64,000 nt of DNA from Octopus sinensis (taxonomy: Eukaryota), in the NCBI RefSeq assembly GCF_006345805.1, contig NC_043006.1, positions 97,340,001-97,404,000 on the forward strand, read 5' to 3'. Made by a program: the position numbers and the translations under genes. Under the pieces are notes generated by a model. The model was not told where the DNA came from. It did not search any database and saw only the letters and a program-made list of their open reading frames with translations. Below, one piece after another: positions 10,539 through 24,267 of this stretch; the stretch's first letter is position 1; the number at the start of each line of letters is the position of its first letter.

Positions 10539-12360
10539 AACTCAACGAGTCTGATTGTCCTCCTCTTCCCTCTTTTTTTCTTCTCGACTGAGGGAGGGTG
10601 AGTCTTCTCCGTGACCTGGAGATTCGCCTCCCTCCTTCATCCCCAGGATCCTTCGGTGAGCACCCATTATTGCTCTCCTTCTTCCTCTTGTGGCTCTTCT
10701 TTGAGGAGTCCTCCGTCTCTTCGGCCGCCTTCATTCCCTCCTCTAGAGAGGTCTCCGTCAACCGCTCCGAGACTTTGCTTTGCCCTTGATGTGTACCAAA
10801 ATAAGAGTGTATCTTATATTCCAGGTGTAACGTCAGATCATTAAAAATTGGCATATTTCTCGTATTTTAAATAGTTTTCTTTGGAAGAATGGTCAGTGCC
10901 CATGCCAGTCGCAGTATTATCCCATGAGACCACTGACATCAATGCAATTGACACTCTTTAAGAGCTAAAAAGTAAAAGCTGCATTGTCTATTAATTTTCA
11001 TAAGTATCATTTATCAGTTTTTCTACATAAATTCATTACTTATCATTTTTAAAAATATCCCTCCTTTGTCAGTTTTCCATATCGTTCTTTGCAAGTTTTT
11101 TTTATATCCATCCGTTATCAATTCTCCATATCAATACTTTATTAATCTTTTCTTTTCGATTTCTTATGGGTTTTTCCTTTTACATCCTTTGTCTGCTTCA
11201 CTTTTCTATTTTTAAAATCAATCTTTTGCTTACCATTTTTACCTGTTTTCCCATGATCATTCTTCATTCCAAATTACATAACCATATGGCAATTTTGAAT
11301 TTTACATCAGTTTTAATTTCGTATTCTTTATTCATTAAACATTTTTTAACGGCGGTGCATCAGCATGGCCGCAGCTCTGAGCTGAAACTAAAAAAAAAAG
11401 GGAAAAAAAAAACAGACTTCTTTTTTTTCATTCTTTTCAGTTTTCATTTCAGTTCTTTAGCTGTTTTATCATTTAAACTCGTTATCAATTTTTTTCTTTT
11501 GCATTCTTTGTCAGTATATTTATATACATTCCGCATCAATTTTTCATTTCTTCTTTTGATATCATTTTTCATTTCATCCTTATAAGTTTCATCTTTTCTA
11601 TCTGTTGTTTATTAGAATTTTCCACTTTTCGCATTTTTTATCAGATTTTCTTTTTCCGTTTTTATCAGTTTTTCAGACGTGTTCTTTACCAGTTTTCTAC
11701 ATCTATTCTTTATCAGTTTCCACTTCTCCATTCCTTGTAGATTTTTGCTTCTGCATTTTTTCTTTTTCCATGTCCATTCTACATCGCTTTGTCTTCTTGC
11801 TTTTTCCATTCTTTATCAAATTTTTCTTTTCCCTTTTTATCAGTTTTTCAAATTCCTCCCTTATCAGTTGTCTACATTCATTATTTGCCAGTAGTTTCAA
11901 TTTTATTATATATCACTTTCTCCTTTTCCATTCTCTATTAAATGATATGTATTCTCCTGTATCAACGAGTTTATATTGATTTTTATCTTCTTTGTTAACT
12001 TGGGTTCTTATATATTGTAAACCTTCTTAATTTTCCATAAGTTTTCGCCAGAAGACATCAGGTGCTCTAGAAACTGTAAAATATATTGTCGGTTATACGA
12101 TCTCATTCTTTAATACTTTGCACCCTAAAAACTCTGAGATTCTTATATCTAATTTTACATCTATATATCTCATACTTTAGGTCTTTTCATTATATAATTA
12201 CCTTAGTCATATGCTAATTGTATTAATATTATTATTATTTCTTATATCCTTCATACGACTACGTTTTCTATTAGAAGATTCATATGCACAGATCATAAAT
12301 ACCTACTCACACATATACATATAAATACCTATACACATATATACATACATTCATATATAA

Positions 12361-12742
12361 GACTGGTAACAGCTCAAAGAGCCATGGAAAGGTCAATGCT
12401 TGGTATCTCGTTGAGAGAGCACATCAGTAGCGAGATCATCAGAAAGAAGTCCGGCGTGAGAGATGTCATCGCAGAGTATACACGCAGCAAGTATAAATGG
12501 GCTGGACACGTCGCCCGGCTCACCGATAATCGGTGGACCCACGCAGTTGTCGAGTGGTACCCGCGCGAGCGGAAAAGACCACCCGGAAGACCTCCACGAC
12601 GGTGGAGTTACGATTTCAGGAGGACGATTGGGATCACGTGGATGAGAAAGGCGCGATCCAGAGAGGAGTGGACAGCCTGCTGTGACCAGCGGTGTCAAAT
12701 AGACGCCTGATGGACTAGTCGGTCAAGGTGATCAAGGTGAAG

Positions 12743-12746
<4 letters not shown>
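12361..12746 (+). mobile_element. RTE-clade LINE 3' end
   Basis: ORF MERSMLG...KWAGHVAR..DNRWT...WYPRERKRPPGRPPRRW, followed by a short (caaggtga)n tail. Confidence 0.9.
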
Positions 12747-12786
<40 letters not shown>

Positions 12787-12789
12787 TCA

Positions 12790-13000
12790 ATATGTGACCG
12801 TGTGTGTATCGTTGGTGATTTTTTCCCTCCGTCTTCCCTTCCTTGGATCTTTCCTTTTCCTATGTTTCTGACGAAGAGCTCCGCTGGAAACGTTAAGTCC
12901 TCCTTCTTTCTTTCCTTTCCTGAGCGTCCAATAACACTATACGTGTTCCACGTCCTCACGTTGTGTTTTCTCTTTGTGTTTTCATGTTTTGATTAACTTT
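12790..13000 (+). mobile_element. Penelope-like terminal-repeat module with a hammerhead motif at 12861-12898
   Basis: gttt CUGACGA A GAGC ucc GCUG GAAAC GUU aag. The first stem II pair is broken (G.G). Confidence 0.6.
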
Positions 13001-13051
13001 ATATATATATGTACACATACGCACGCACACATGTACATACGTAAATACGTA

Positions 13052-13228
13052 CGATTCTGATTTGCTGTTGATATTTATATGCTTCAAGAGAATTTCTGGA
13101 TGCAAATACGATCACTTACTTAAACTGTTTGCTTCTCAAAGATGCGGTTTCCAGTTCGATCTAGAACTTTTATTCGGAATGTTTAGACGAGAGACTTTTT
13201 AGAATGTTGTACCTCTAACACATCGGCA
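13052..13228 (+). repeat. 177-bp direct repeat, copy 2
   Basis: See 10362-10538. Confidence 0.85.
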
Positions 13229-13310
13229 GATGCACAGATAGATGGATGGATGAATAGACAGATAGATACATACATACATATATGTATATATGTACACACA
13301 CCAGCAAGTA

Positions 13311-13595
13311 GGCGCAATGGCCCAGTGGTTAGGGCAGCGGTCTCGCGGTCATAGGATCGCGGTCTCGATTCGCAGACCGGGCGTTGTGAGTGTTTATTGA
13401 GCGAAAACACCTAAAGCTCCACGAGGCTCCGCCTTGTCACTCTTTGTGTCACGCTGAATATCCCCGAGAACTACGTTAAGGGTGCACGTGTCTGTGGAGT
13501 GCTCAGCCACTTACACATTAATTTCACGAGCAAGCTGTTCCGTTGATTCGGATCAACCGGAACCCTCGTCGTCGTAACCGAGGGAGTGCTTCCAT
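13311..13595 (+). mobile_element. tRNA-derived SINE family C head fused to a different tail
   Basis: ggcgcaatggcccagtggttagggcagcgg...tctcgattcgc. Confidence 0.8.
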
Positions 13596-13762
13596 CCACA
13601 CACACCTGCGCGTACATACATTTTTATCTGTTCTGACATACTATTCTACATTAGCTAGTTTCGTTTGTTTTCTTTTTACTCCACCCGTGACTCTGTAATC
13701 ATGGAATTTTTTATGTATGCATATATGTATGTATGAATTTATATTCATTGTAAATACACAAG

Positions 13763-13801
<39 letters not shown>

Positions 13802-14394
13802 GTATGAACACATATATTCTCTCCCACACAGACATATATCTATATATATATAATTTTGTTATTGTGAGATAGAAATACGAAATAGAGGGGAAATATACTC
13901 TATGTTAATCTGTATTGTTATTACCCCACATTATAGACAGAATTTTCTCTTGCATTTATTGTTTTGCTTTTCATTTTATCAGTGTTGATACATTTTTATT
14001 GGTCATCAAATTTCGTTTGAGTTATCGCTGTTACACATCTAACATTATGCAATCAAATATTGATCCTTCATCAATATTTCTCATACAATTTCTTTGTTTC
14101 CGTTTCTTTCTTTGTTTGTTATCGCTTTCAACATTCTTCTTGTTGATGTTATTATTGTAGTTGTTGCTGCTCTGATCAAATAGATCTGTGATCGAAGTCA
14201 TATTGTATTTGGCATGATATTACCCAATGTATCCATCATTGTTTTTAAAATAGTACAATGCAGAATGAGGGAAATTTGGTTACCATTTCTGAACCATCCT
14301 GGGGTACAGAGGATTCGCAATCTCGACTAAGATCTGAAGGTTTGCCACACCATAGTGGATTACACCATGGTTCCTCTGCTTTCTGGCATAAGTA

Positions 14395-14576
14395 TGAAGA
14401 AAAAGTGAGAGAAATTTATGGTGAAAGAGTACAGAGGGATTCGCCCCCCACCCCGCCGGAGCCTCGTGGAGCTTAAGTGTTTTTGCTCAATAAACACTCA
14501 CAATGCCTGGTCTGGGAATCGAAACCACGTTCTTACAACCGCGAGTCCGCTGCCCTAACCACTGGGCCATTGCGCC
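14395..14576 (-). mobile_element. SINE family C
   Basis: Reverse complement of the family C head and body. Confidence 0.8.
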
Positions 14577-16706
14577 TCCACTTGTTGTTGCTGTTGTAGT
14601 TGTTGTTTAAGCTAATAGTGATCGAGCAGACGACGACTAATAGGTGCTTCAGTCGTGACCATCCTGTCATTTTCGACCATAATGCATCTAAGACTACATT
14701 GTCCAGTACATCCACACTTTTATTAAGATGATAAGTTGTGATTTGAGGAAGTTACTCCCCCCTTTCCTCCCCCTCACTCACTCACTACTCATTCACCCAC
14801 TCACTCTCTCCCTCCTTCCCTCCCTCCCTCCAGCCCTCACTCACTCACTCACTCACTCCCTGGGGTATAAATCATCGACTTTCGTCCACCCCTCATCCTC
14901 ATCCTGGACCTTCCCCACCAGTTGCCCACTTCCATTAGGATTTTCTCTCGCCAGCAAAATTGCCGCCAAGTGTTTGTTGGCCTTCCTTCTTCCTTTTTAA
15001 CTTGTGATTTATACCAAAAAGGATCCCCTGGTTGCGTTATATTAGGATCATCTGATATACATTATATCAAATTATATTATCTCACTCTGTGCTTCTCTAA
15101 TACACAAGCACACGCACACACACACACATACATTATATATCAAAGAAACTGTGTTAAGTGTGAAATGAAAATGAAACGAATGACAACGAAATGACAAACT
15201 TCTGTCTAAATTTTTTTTTTAATGGACACATTGGATAATGTAGTCCTAGATACGTAAGGTCTGGGGAAAATGACAGGAAAGCCACACCTTAACTCATTGG
15301 TCTGTTGGCTCGTGGGTAATTTGGGGTTAATACCAACAGCAATAAGAACCAGAGAAAAGTTGTGTGAGAAATACTGTTGAAGAGTCTATGATTCCATAAT
15401 GTTAGATATGTAGTAATGATAACCGAAACGACATTGGATGAATAATAAAAAAACGACGCAGCATAGATAAAACGAAAAACGAAACATTAAATAGAAGTGA
15501 AAGTTTTGTCTGTTGTGCTGGATAAATCAATATAGCTTAATACGGAGAAAAATCTTATAGTATAAGAAGATATAGGATTTAAAAAAAGAAAGAAAAGATT
15601 CTCATACAGTTAATAGGGTGCGAACTTCTGAAAACTAAGAAGATATAAGAAATTAAGAAATATAGAAAATAGAAAAATAACACGGGATATAAAACATTTC
15701 TGGGTGATAAAAAATTTCTACGGAGGAATATACAAACGGAAAATAATAATGTCAGATCGTAAAGCAAATAGAAATCTTTTGGCGAAAAATTTACAGGAAA
15801 TTAACATGATTTATAGTAAAATACTTACACCCACACACTCACGAATGCACACACATACACACACGTACACAGATTAATAATGATAATAAAAGAGAAAAGT
15901 TTCTTAGTATTACATGGGAACATACATCACGGCAAACTGACCGAGAAAATATAACAGTGATAACTAACTTCACTGAATTGAGAAAGAAAATTGGTAACCA
16001 ATAGGAAAAGAAAAACCGTTAAGGAAGTTATGGAAAAAAATGTGTATAAAAAGAAAACTGTTAATGGGTGAAGTGAGGAAGCTTGGGAAAGAGAAAACTG
16101 TAAAACTGTTAAAAATGAATGTGGAAAAACTGATGGAAAATAATTTAGAAAAAATGGGAGAAAATTGGCAAAGAACAGAAAGAAAAAAAAAGAAGAATTG
16201 ATGAAAGGGGAAAAAATGATAAGAGAAAGAACAAGCAGATAAAAAATAGAAATGAAGAAGTGAAATTTAAACGATAATAGATAATTGAAATTTGAATTTT
16301 TTTTATAAGCAATATGCACCATGCAGTTAAACATCTAGTGTTCACGCATGCCTGCTGTCTGTCTTTTTTTATTAGTTCTCTATTGTTCTCTGCTCCTCAA
16401 GTCTGGATGGTCTCATGCCATGAATGTTTTCGTATCTCCTCATCTTATCACAACATTGTGTCCATCCTCAGGTCACAAACCAAGCACATCTCTATTTCTT
16501 CCTTCCTTATAATAACAACCGAAAATTCCTTTCTCATGCCAACTTCTAGGTGTTGAAGAAAAATATCAGCTGCATTGATCTCAGCAATTCCATGAAGCAA
16601 TGCTGCGCATACTATGGGTTCCTTCCATTTTAACTTAAATCATCCCACATCCTCCACATAAGAGATAAATACAGAAGTTCCGAGATGTTTTAGTCGGCCA
16701 GAAATA

Positions 16707-17271
16707 TTGGGTTGTCCGGAAAGTTCGTGCCGATTTTTAACGGAAAGAAAAAGTTCAATAAATACTTGCCATTGCATTTTTAATCAACCAAATATGAACC
16801 ATTTTGTTGCACAATGCGTCTCCATCTTTCCATTAATTTGAAAATACCATCTTCCCAGAATTGAAGTAGTTTCATGGCAAAGAATTCATCGAGGTGTCTT
16901 TTTACGTCATCCAAGGAATTGAAATTTTTACCATTAAGACTATTCTGCAGAGATCTGAATAAGTGGATATCCGAAGGAGAAATATCTGGTGAATATGGAG
17001 GGTGGAGTAACACATCCCAGCCGAGCTGCAGCAGTTTTTGTGTGGTTCCCAAATCATCAAGTGGCGAAAATGAACTTTCTTATCTTCCATTTTAAAGGGT
17101 TACAGAATTATCACAGATTATAGGAACATAAACCTTCTTTCACGAAAAGATAGCTTAAACTATGCTCTGAATGGGGTGTAGTCAAATCCTATTTTATGAA
17201 CTCAACCATGTTCTAAAATAAGTCGAAATGTAAGCTACTATAAATCGGCACGAACTTTCCGGACAACCCAA
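16707..17271 (-). mobile_element. Internally deleted mariner (D34D-type) with perfect 30-bp TIRs and a TA TSD
   Basis: TIR ttgggttgtccggaaagttcgtgccgattt at both ends, flanked by TA. MEDKKVHFRHLM is joined to ...LGWDVLLHPPYSPDISPSDIHLFRSLQ. Confidence 0.95.
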
Positions 17272-17612
17272 TAGTTACCAAACATTCAGCAAATTGCACC
17301 TAACGTTATTAAAATGGAATAAGGGCAATTAGGACCACATTAAATAATATAGTCCTCGACAAACTTGGTAAAACGGAATCGTCACGACCGGATCTGAAGC
17401 CAGTGAAAATGTATTTGTCTCATCAGGATTGAACTGCAGCTAAACGGGAACAACAACAACAAAATAATGTCATTTACAACAACAAATATAACAACACAAA
17501 CAACCATAACATCATTGACATCAATCAGCTGCAACAACGTCATCATCGTCATCGTTGTCATCATCACTATCATCATCTTTACCATCACCCCCTCCACGCA
17601 CCACCACCACCA

Positions 17613-17773
<161 letters not shown>

Positions 17774-18195
17774 GGAGTGACATTTTGTCCATCCTCTAAT
17801 CTTAAACATGCTCAGCTTAATCGTATCAAGAGTTAGCAATTATTTCCCGCCGATACAGTTTTCAGAGACATTATATCAAATCCATATCCACGTGGAGGAG
17901 AGATAAACAATGGATTCATGTTTAATCCATCCAAAATAGACAAGGCGGGACAAAGCGATCGAAGTAGGTTGGCTGCACTAAAATATCATTTTGGACAGCG
18001 ACAGATCGCTCATGTGAAAATAATATTTTAGACAGTCTCAAATTTCTCACGTAGCTAGATTGTCAATTATTATTCGAGGTAATGATGATCTTTATATTAT
18101 ATGGACCAAAATACAACCCTTTCGTTATAGTTTGAAGAAAACTTAGGGCAGATAAACTAATATTTGTAAAGCTAATATTTCTAGCAAGTTAAAGC

Positions 18196-18405
18196 GGCGA
18201 GCTGGCAGAACCCTTAACGCGCCGGACAAAATGCCTAGAATTTCGTCTGTCTTTACGTTCAGAGTTAAAATTCCGCAGAGGCCGACTCTGCCTTTCATTC
18301 TTTCGGGATCGATAAAATAAGTACCAGTTGAGTACTGGAGCCGATTTTATAGATTTATTCCCTCCTCCGAACTTGCTGGTCTGGAGCCAAAACTTGAAAG
18401 CAATA
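18196..18405 (+). mobile_element. SINE family A
   Basis: Family A head and body. Confidence 0.8.
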
Positions 18406-18885
18406 TTTCTAACTAGATACATAAACAGTATTCTCCGTAAAATGTAGTATAAAATATGTAGTGTATACATTCAAACACCGTCACTATTTTTCCAAATCTT
18501 GCAGCATTTTACATGGAATTTTTAGTCCTCTTGGAGAATAAGTCAGCCTACCATTTTTCGGCTGTAAATGTTGGCCCGAAAATTTCGACTCGTATGCTGG
18601 AAAATACGATAAATATTTGAGCAGAAGTTATTCTAGATCTGCTATGGAAATAGGCTGATATTCTGAAGACATAGAGTTTTGTTTTGAGCAAAAGAACAGA
18701 ATATGTATTTTTTTTGTCTTTGCATTTGTTACTTTTTGTTGTTCTGTTGTTGATTTTGCTGATTATTTTATCTTTTTCATTATTCTCTCTTTTCTTTCGC
18801 TAGTACGGTTCCAAAGCTGTCATCTCACCAACAAAAACAATATAGCTAAAACTTTGCTGACCACAAGTGTTGTCAAAATACTTCT

Positions 18886-19105
18886 GCTTCTTCTTCTTCT
18901 TCTTCTTCTTCTTCTTCTCTTCTTCTTCTTCTTCTTCTTCTTCTTCTTCTTCTTCTTCTTCTTCTTCTTCTTCTTCTTCTTCTTCGACGTCGTCGTCATC
19001 GTCATCATCATCATTATCATCTGCTCTTCATCTCCCCTCCTCCTTTTCCTATCCTCCTCCTCCTCTCTTTCTTTCTTTCTGTCTGCCTGTCCTTGTTTTT
19101 TTCCT

Positions 19106-19160
<55 letters not shown>
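18886..19160. repeat. (TTC)n and (TTTC)n microsatellites
   Basis: Direct reading. Confidence 0.95.
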
Positions 19161-19163
<3 letters not shown>

Positions 19164-19639
19164 TCTGTTTCTTTCTTTCATTCAACCGTGATAAGATAAC
19201 TTGTTCTTTATTAGTTATGATAGATTAACTTCTTTTTTTGACTAAGAACAGAAAAAGCTAATTACATCTCTAATATGTTTCCATATTTTTATCTCATGTC
19301 AGGCTTTTCATGAGATTGTTTCTGACAACCGTCTTTAAACACTTCCTTCCTCTCTCTCTCTCTCCCCCTCCATCCTGTACTTCGTACTTCTTTCGCTTGT
19401 TTCTCTTTAACATATATTCGATATAGGAAAAAGTCATCATCTTTCCAAACATCTTCTACAACTATTACTGAAACTACACAGACGAAACAATACCATCATT
19501 AAAACAAAGAGACAATAGAAATAACGAAACAACAACAACAATAATTTATTGGCCTCAAGGGTCTATACATTAAATGCAGAACGTGTCATTCGAAAGGAGT
19601 TATAAAGCGTGTGCAAACGCACAAATACGGAAAAAACGG

Positions 19640-20691
19640 GAGGGAGGTAGTGTGGAACATAATGTAACGTATTAAGATGCGAGATTGGTACACCTAATAG
19701 GAATAAGATTGTCCTTGATCATTTTTAGTTTTAGCAGAGTTGTGAAGGATGCCAGATTCTTTGGCGTTTTGGCGCTGTGGTTCCTCAGCTACTAAAAGAC
19801 CACGAACGGCTGTCTTTAATAATCAGCTGTCATTATGAGCGCCTCATACTTGTCTTCCAACTACTCCTCAATTACCATCGTATTTGATTCGTATTGTCTT
19901 AAAGTTAATTCATATAGGATACGGTTCTTCCATCGAGATACCGTAAAATTCAGGCATTTTGTGTGGAAAGAAGTAAGGAGACATCACATGTCCTTCATCG
20001 CTGACAGCCCCTAAAAACATGACGGTTGGAGGAAATTTTGTATGCATAACACTTGGAACTTCAGAAAGGTTTGCACATAACCATCTATCGTTTCTTCTGT
20101 TAACTTTTTGATATTAATCGAAGTTTTTCTCCTTTGGGAAAAACCAAATCAAATCTTCTACTAGACTCTTCATTTTGTTTAAGAACCTTATAGATCTGAT
20201 GTAGTGATTTCCTTTTCTTTTTCTGACAAATTGACCTTTCCTCACCCTATAAGATTCACATCTGATGTCTTCGTGAACAACATTTCTGACTGTTCCTTCT
20301 GACACATGGAGATCTTTTGCAATTGATGTCATTGATGTTCTGGGATTGGAATCAATGGTCTGTTGAACTTGCTGGATAAATTCAGGTGTTCTGATGATTT
20401 CAGAGCGATTAGAATACTTTTATGCTTCGATACTGGTGATGCATTTCCATCTTCAGTCTCTAACTCCTTACAAAATTTGTAGACAAAAGATGTGGCAACT
20501 TTTAAAAATCGAGATATTTCTAAATCGCGATGCTCAACCTTTATAAGCACAATAACAGCATGCCTCTTCATTTCGTGTGTAAGCTGAGGGTCTGCCATTA
20601 TGATTTTCTGAAACAAAGATTATACAGTGTTAGCAAAAACTGCAGCAATGACCCCCAAAAAGGTATGTCCTCAAGTATCTAACGCACCCTG
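19640..20691 (-). mobile_element. Degenerate Tc1/mariner-superfamily transposon (maT/DD37D-like); one end is intact
   Basis: ORF pieces MADPQLTHEMKRHAVIV...EISRFLKV and SEGTVRNVVHEDI. The minus-strand end cagggtgcgttagatac is flanked by TA. Confidence 0.65.
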
Positions 20692-20796
20692 TATGTATGT
20701 ATGTATGTATGTATGTATATATATATATGTATATGTATATATATGTATATATATAAATGTATATATATATGTGTATGTATATATATGTGTGTGTGT

Positions 20797-20827
<31 letters not shown>

Positions 20828-21020
20828 AATATATTTGCATATATATATATAAATATATATACGTATATAGATATATGTGTGTGTGCGTGTGTGTAAAAGT
20901 AGAACGTTGGAATGAGTGTTCAACACTGCATTGGTAGATAAGTTCACAAATAAAGAAAGCATAAATGTATGTATGTATGTGTGTATATATAATATATATA
21001 TATATATATTATATATATAT

Positions 21021-21091
<71 letters not shown>

Positions 21092-21120
21092 TATATATAT
21101 ATATATATATATAATATATA

Positions 21121-21160
<40 letters not shown>

Positions 21161-21175
21161 GTGTGTGTGTGTGTG

Positions 21176-21211
<36 letters not shown>

Positions 21212-21212
21212 A

Positions 21213-21244
<32 letters not shown>

Positions 21245-21545
21245 GGGACGTACGTACAGACTGTCTGTGTATCCCAGGCAGGCATGAGTTAGATGTATGC
21301 ACGCTCTGAAACCCCAATTTCAAAGATAATCCTCCTAAATCCACATAAAAGAAACATTTTCAGTCAGTAAACCTTGGCAATAATCTAATTTTCTGCGAAA
21401 TATCTTGAGAGACGTCAGTATGCTAAAAAGAAGCAAGAAAAAAGAAGAAAAAGAAAATAAATAAAACAACAGAAAAACAACGAACTAAAGGCAAAAAGAA
21501 AAAAAACTGAACGAACACCAAATAAAAGAAATATGTTCATGATGA

Positions 21546-21595
<50 letters not shown>

Positions 21596-22279
21596 AATGG
21601 TGATGATAATAACAACAGCAATAAAAATAAAATAATAATAATAATGAGGATGATGATGATGATGATGATAATAATAATAATAATAATAACAATGATGATG
21701 ATGATTATTATGGTGGTAGCAAAAACAGCAAGAACAACAATTGCTGTCCAAGAGTGCAGACAAATTATATCAATAGGTAGGTATGCGTACATAAGGAAAT
21801 GGGTTTTGTGTCAAGATATGCAGATGACGTATGCAATTGGTGTGTATCAGTAGGTGATATCACGGCAATGTGTGTGGCTGACACTTGAGAGATTGTAAGC
21901 TCTAAATAAGTTTTACGACTATCAAAGAACTTCCTTATTGATAAATAATCTGAATAAATAAACAAATAAATAATCTGAATAAATAAAACTAAATTACAAA
22001 CGATTTATTGCTAAGAAAGACGGCAAGAACAACAACAACAAAAAAATACACACATATTTATAGTAAAGGAAAAAAACTCAAATAATCAGAACAAAAATAA
22101 ATAACAGCATATGGGTTACTTGGGGGTAGAACTTGCGAAATACAAAGGCATCAAATGATGAAAATAATGGGGAAGGGGGGGGGGGAATATATGCACACAT
22201 TGGCATATGCACACACATACACAGGCGCACAATACGTGCATGTGTGCGTATTGCATATGTAGGTGTATGTTAATATATA

Positions 22280-22312
<33 letters not shown>

Positions 22313-22583
22313 ATGTGTGTGTGCATATGCATGCATATATAAACGTATATCTAAATATAAATATGAATATATATATATATATGCATATCTATATGCACAC
22401 ACACATATATATGCATATATATGTATATATATATATATGCATATATATATGCATATATATATATGAATATATATATATATACATTCATGTATGTATTTGT
22501 GCTTGTCTATCTATATAAAAACTATGAATGTATATATGCATATATAAAGCATATAGTATATATATATTTACATATAAATATGC

Positions 22584-22618
<35 letters not shown>

Positions 22619-22886
22619 ATAGTGTATGTATATATATATATACATGTGTGTGTAGATAGATAGATAATATAGATACAGATGTTATACATATATTTACAGA
22701 CATATATTGTGAATATACACAGACGCACGTACGTCCACACACACACACACCCACACAGATATGAAGAAGTATGAATAAAGCAATATCGATTGACATCTGA
22801 CTGAGAAAATACTAAATAAACGGCTGATGAAGAGAGTGAAAGTGACTGAAAGGTGAGGAAAAGAACGGTGAGAGCATATATATATA

Positions 22887-22934
<48 letters not shown>

Positions 22935-23094
22935 TATATTACGTATATATATATATATATATATACACCATATATATATATACATATATATATACATATA
23001 TATAATATATATATATATATTACGTATGTATATATATATATATACGTATGTATATTATATATATATATTATATATATATATATATATGTATTTA

Positions 23095-23144
<50 letters not shown>

Positions 23145-23149
23145 ATATT

Positions 23150-23182
<33 letters not shown>

Positions 23183-23250
23183 TATATATATGCACACATA
23201 CATGTATATGCCTACGTATATATGTATAGATACATGCATATATAGGTACA
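20692..23250. repeat. Compound (TA)/(TG)/(TATG)/(GAT)/(AAT) low-complexity block
   Basis: Direct reading; source of many spurious YIYI/CVCV ORFs. Confidence 0.9.
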
Positions 23251-23259
23251 GGGCGTAAG

Positions 23260-23695
23260 AAAAACGTGAACAAAATGAGAAATGATAACATAAAAAACAA
23301 AAGCATGGAAAACAAACTTATTTTCGAACAGCGAAAGAAACAAATAGAGAAACGTGTCAGGCACCATACAGAACATTCCCTTCATCAGTTGCCCCTTGTT
23401 TTATCTACTCCGCGTTTCGAAGCCCTCACCGTTTGTTTCTACTGTCCTGTTTTTGTTACCACTTTCACTCTCCGCAAAAAATCCCGAGTTTTATTTAATT
23501 TGCTTTTCGGGAAGGACTATTTCAACTAAGTCGCGTCTTGTCCTTGCCTTCGAGACGCGGAGTAGATAAAATAGGGGACAACTGATGAAGGGAATGTTCT
23601 TTATGTTGCACGTCTCGTTTCTCTATTTATTTGTTTCGTTGTTAAAAGAAAATTCGTTTTTTTATGTTATCGTTTCTCCTTTTGTTCACGTTTTT
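23260..23695. repeat. Fold-back element: ~150-160-bp inverted arms around a 125-bp spacer
   Basis: Arms at 23260-23422 and 23548-23695 are diverged reverse complements. Confidence 0.85.
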
Positions 23696-23825
23696 TGAAG
23701 ACTTTTGCTCATATATGCATGTATACATACATATATATGTAGGCCTGTGCATGTATATGTGTATATATGCGTGTATGCATATTATTATATATATATATAT
23801 ATTATATATATTATATACTATATAT

Positions 23826-23860
<35 letters not shown>

Positions 23861-24225
23861 GGTTCACAACTTTTCCCGACGAACGGGAACGTTAAACACT
23901 GATTGCAGATATTGCGATATTTTTGTGATGTTTTTTGTGCAACTTCAATAATAAAGTATATATTATATATATATATAGATATATATATATATAATATAAT
24001 AGAAATATTAAAATTACTAAGTCTCTCTAAAAGAGAACAACGGCAGCGTTCCCGGAAAATATTAGTTATCGCCATACTAATATGGCATTCTTATAAAATA
24101 AGAATAAAGCTGACCGCTTATTAGCTCTATGAGGCATCGCCTTAAGTTAGCTATTTGATACACAAACTGTATCCATATAACCTTTGAACAAGGGAGGTCA
24201 GTCGCTCCACACTACTTGGCCGGCA

Positions 24226-24267
24226 GCTACAGACGCGTTTCGGGGTATTGCCCCTTTTCAATGCAGC
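24226..24267 (-). ncRNA. Minimal type I hammerhead ribozyme with a U3-A8 compensatory core
   Basis: GCUGCA UUGAAAA GGGG caaua CCCC GAAAC GC GUC UGUAGC: 6-bp stem I, 4-bp stem II, palindromic stem III (ACGCGU) and a GUC cleavage triplet. Confidence 0.75.

Noticed and set aside
10525-10854. 109-aa charged ORF as a host gene
   Set aside because: Low complexity, no recognisable domain and no convincing splice structure.
11000-12050. T-rich tract (and the A-rich counterpart at 15400-16300) giving membrane-protein-like F/L/I ORFs
   Set aside because: Compositional skew with degenerate aaaactgataa repeats; the hydrophobic ORFs are artefacts.
23548-23600. Type II hammerhead (GAAAC...CTGATGA order)
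   Set aside because: No stem I hairpin between the motifs, and stem II pairing is poor.
23872-23900. cccgacgaacgggaacgttaaac as a hammerhead
   Set aside because: It resembles the 12.9-kb motif, but stem II is deleted; too degraded to call.
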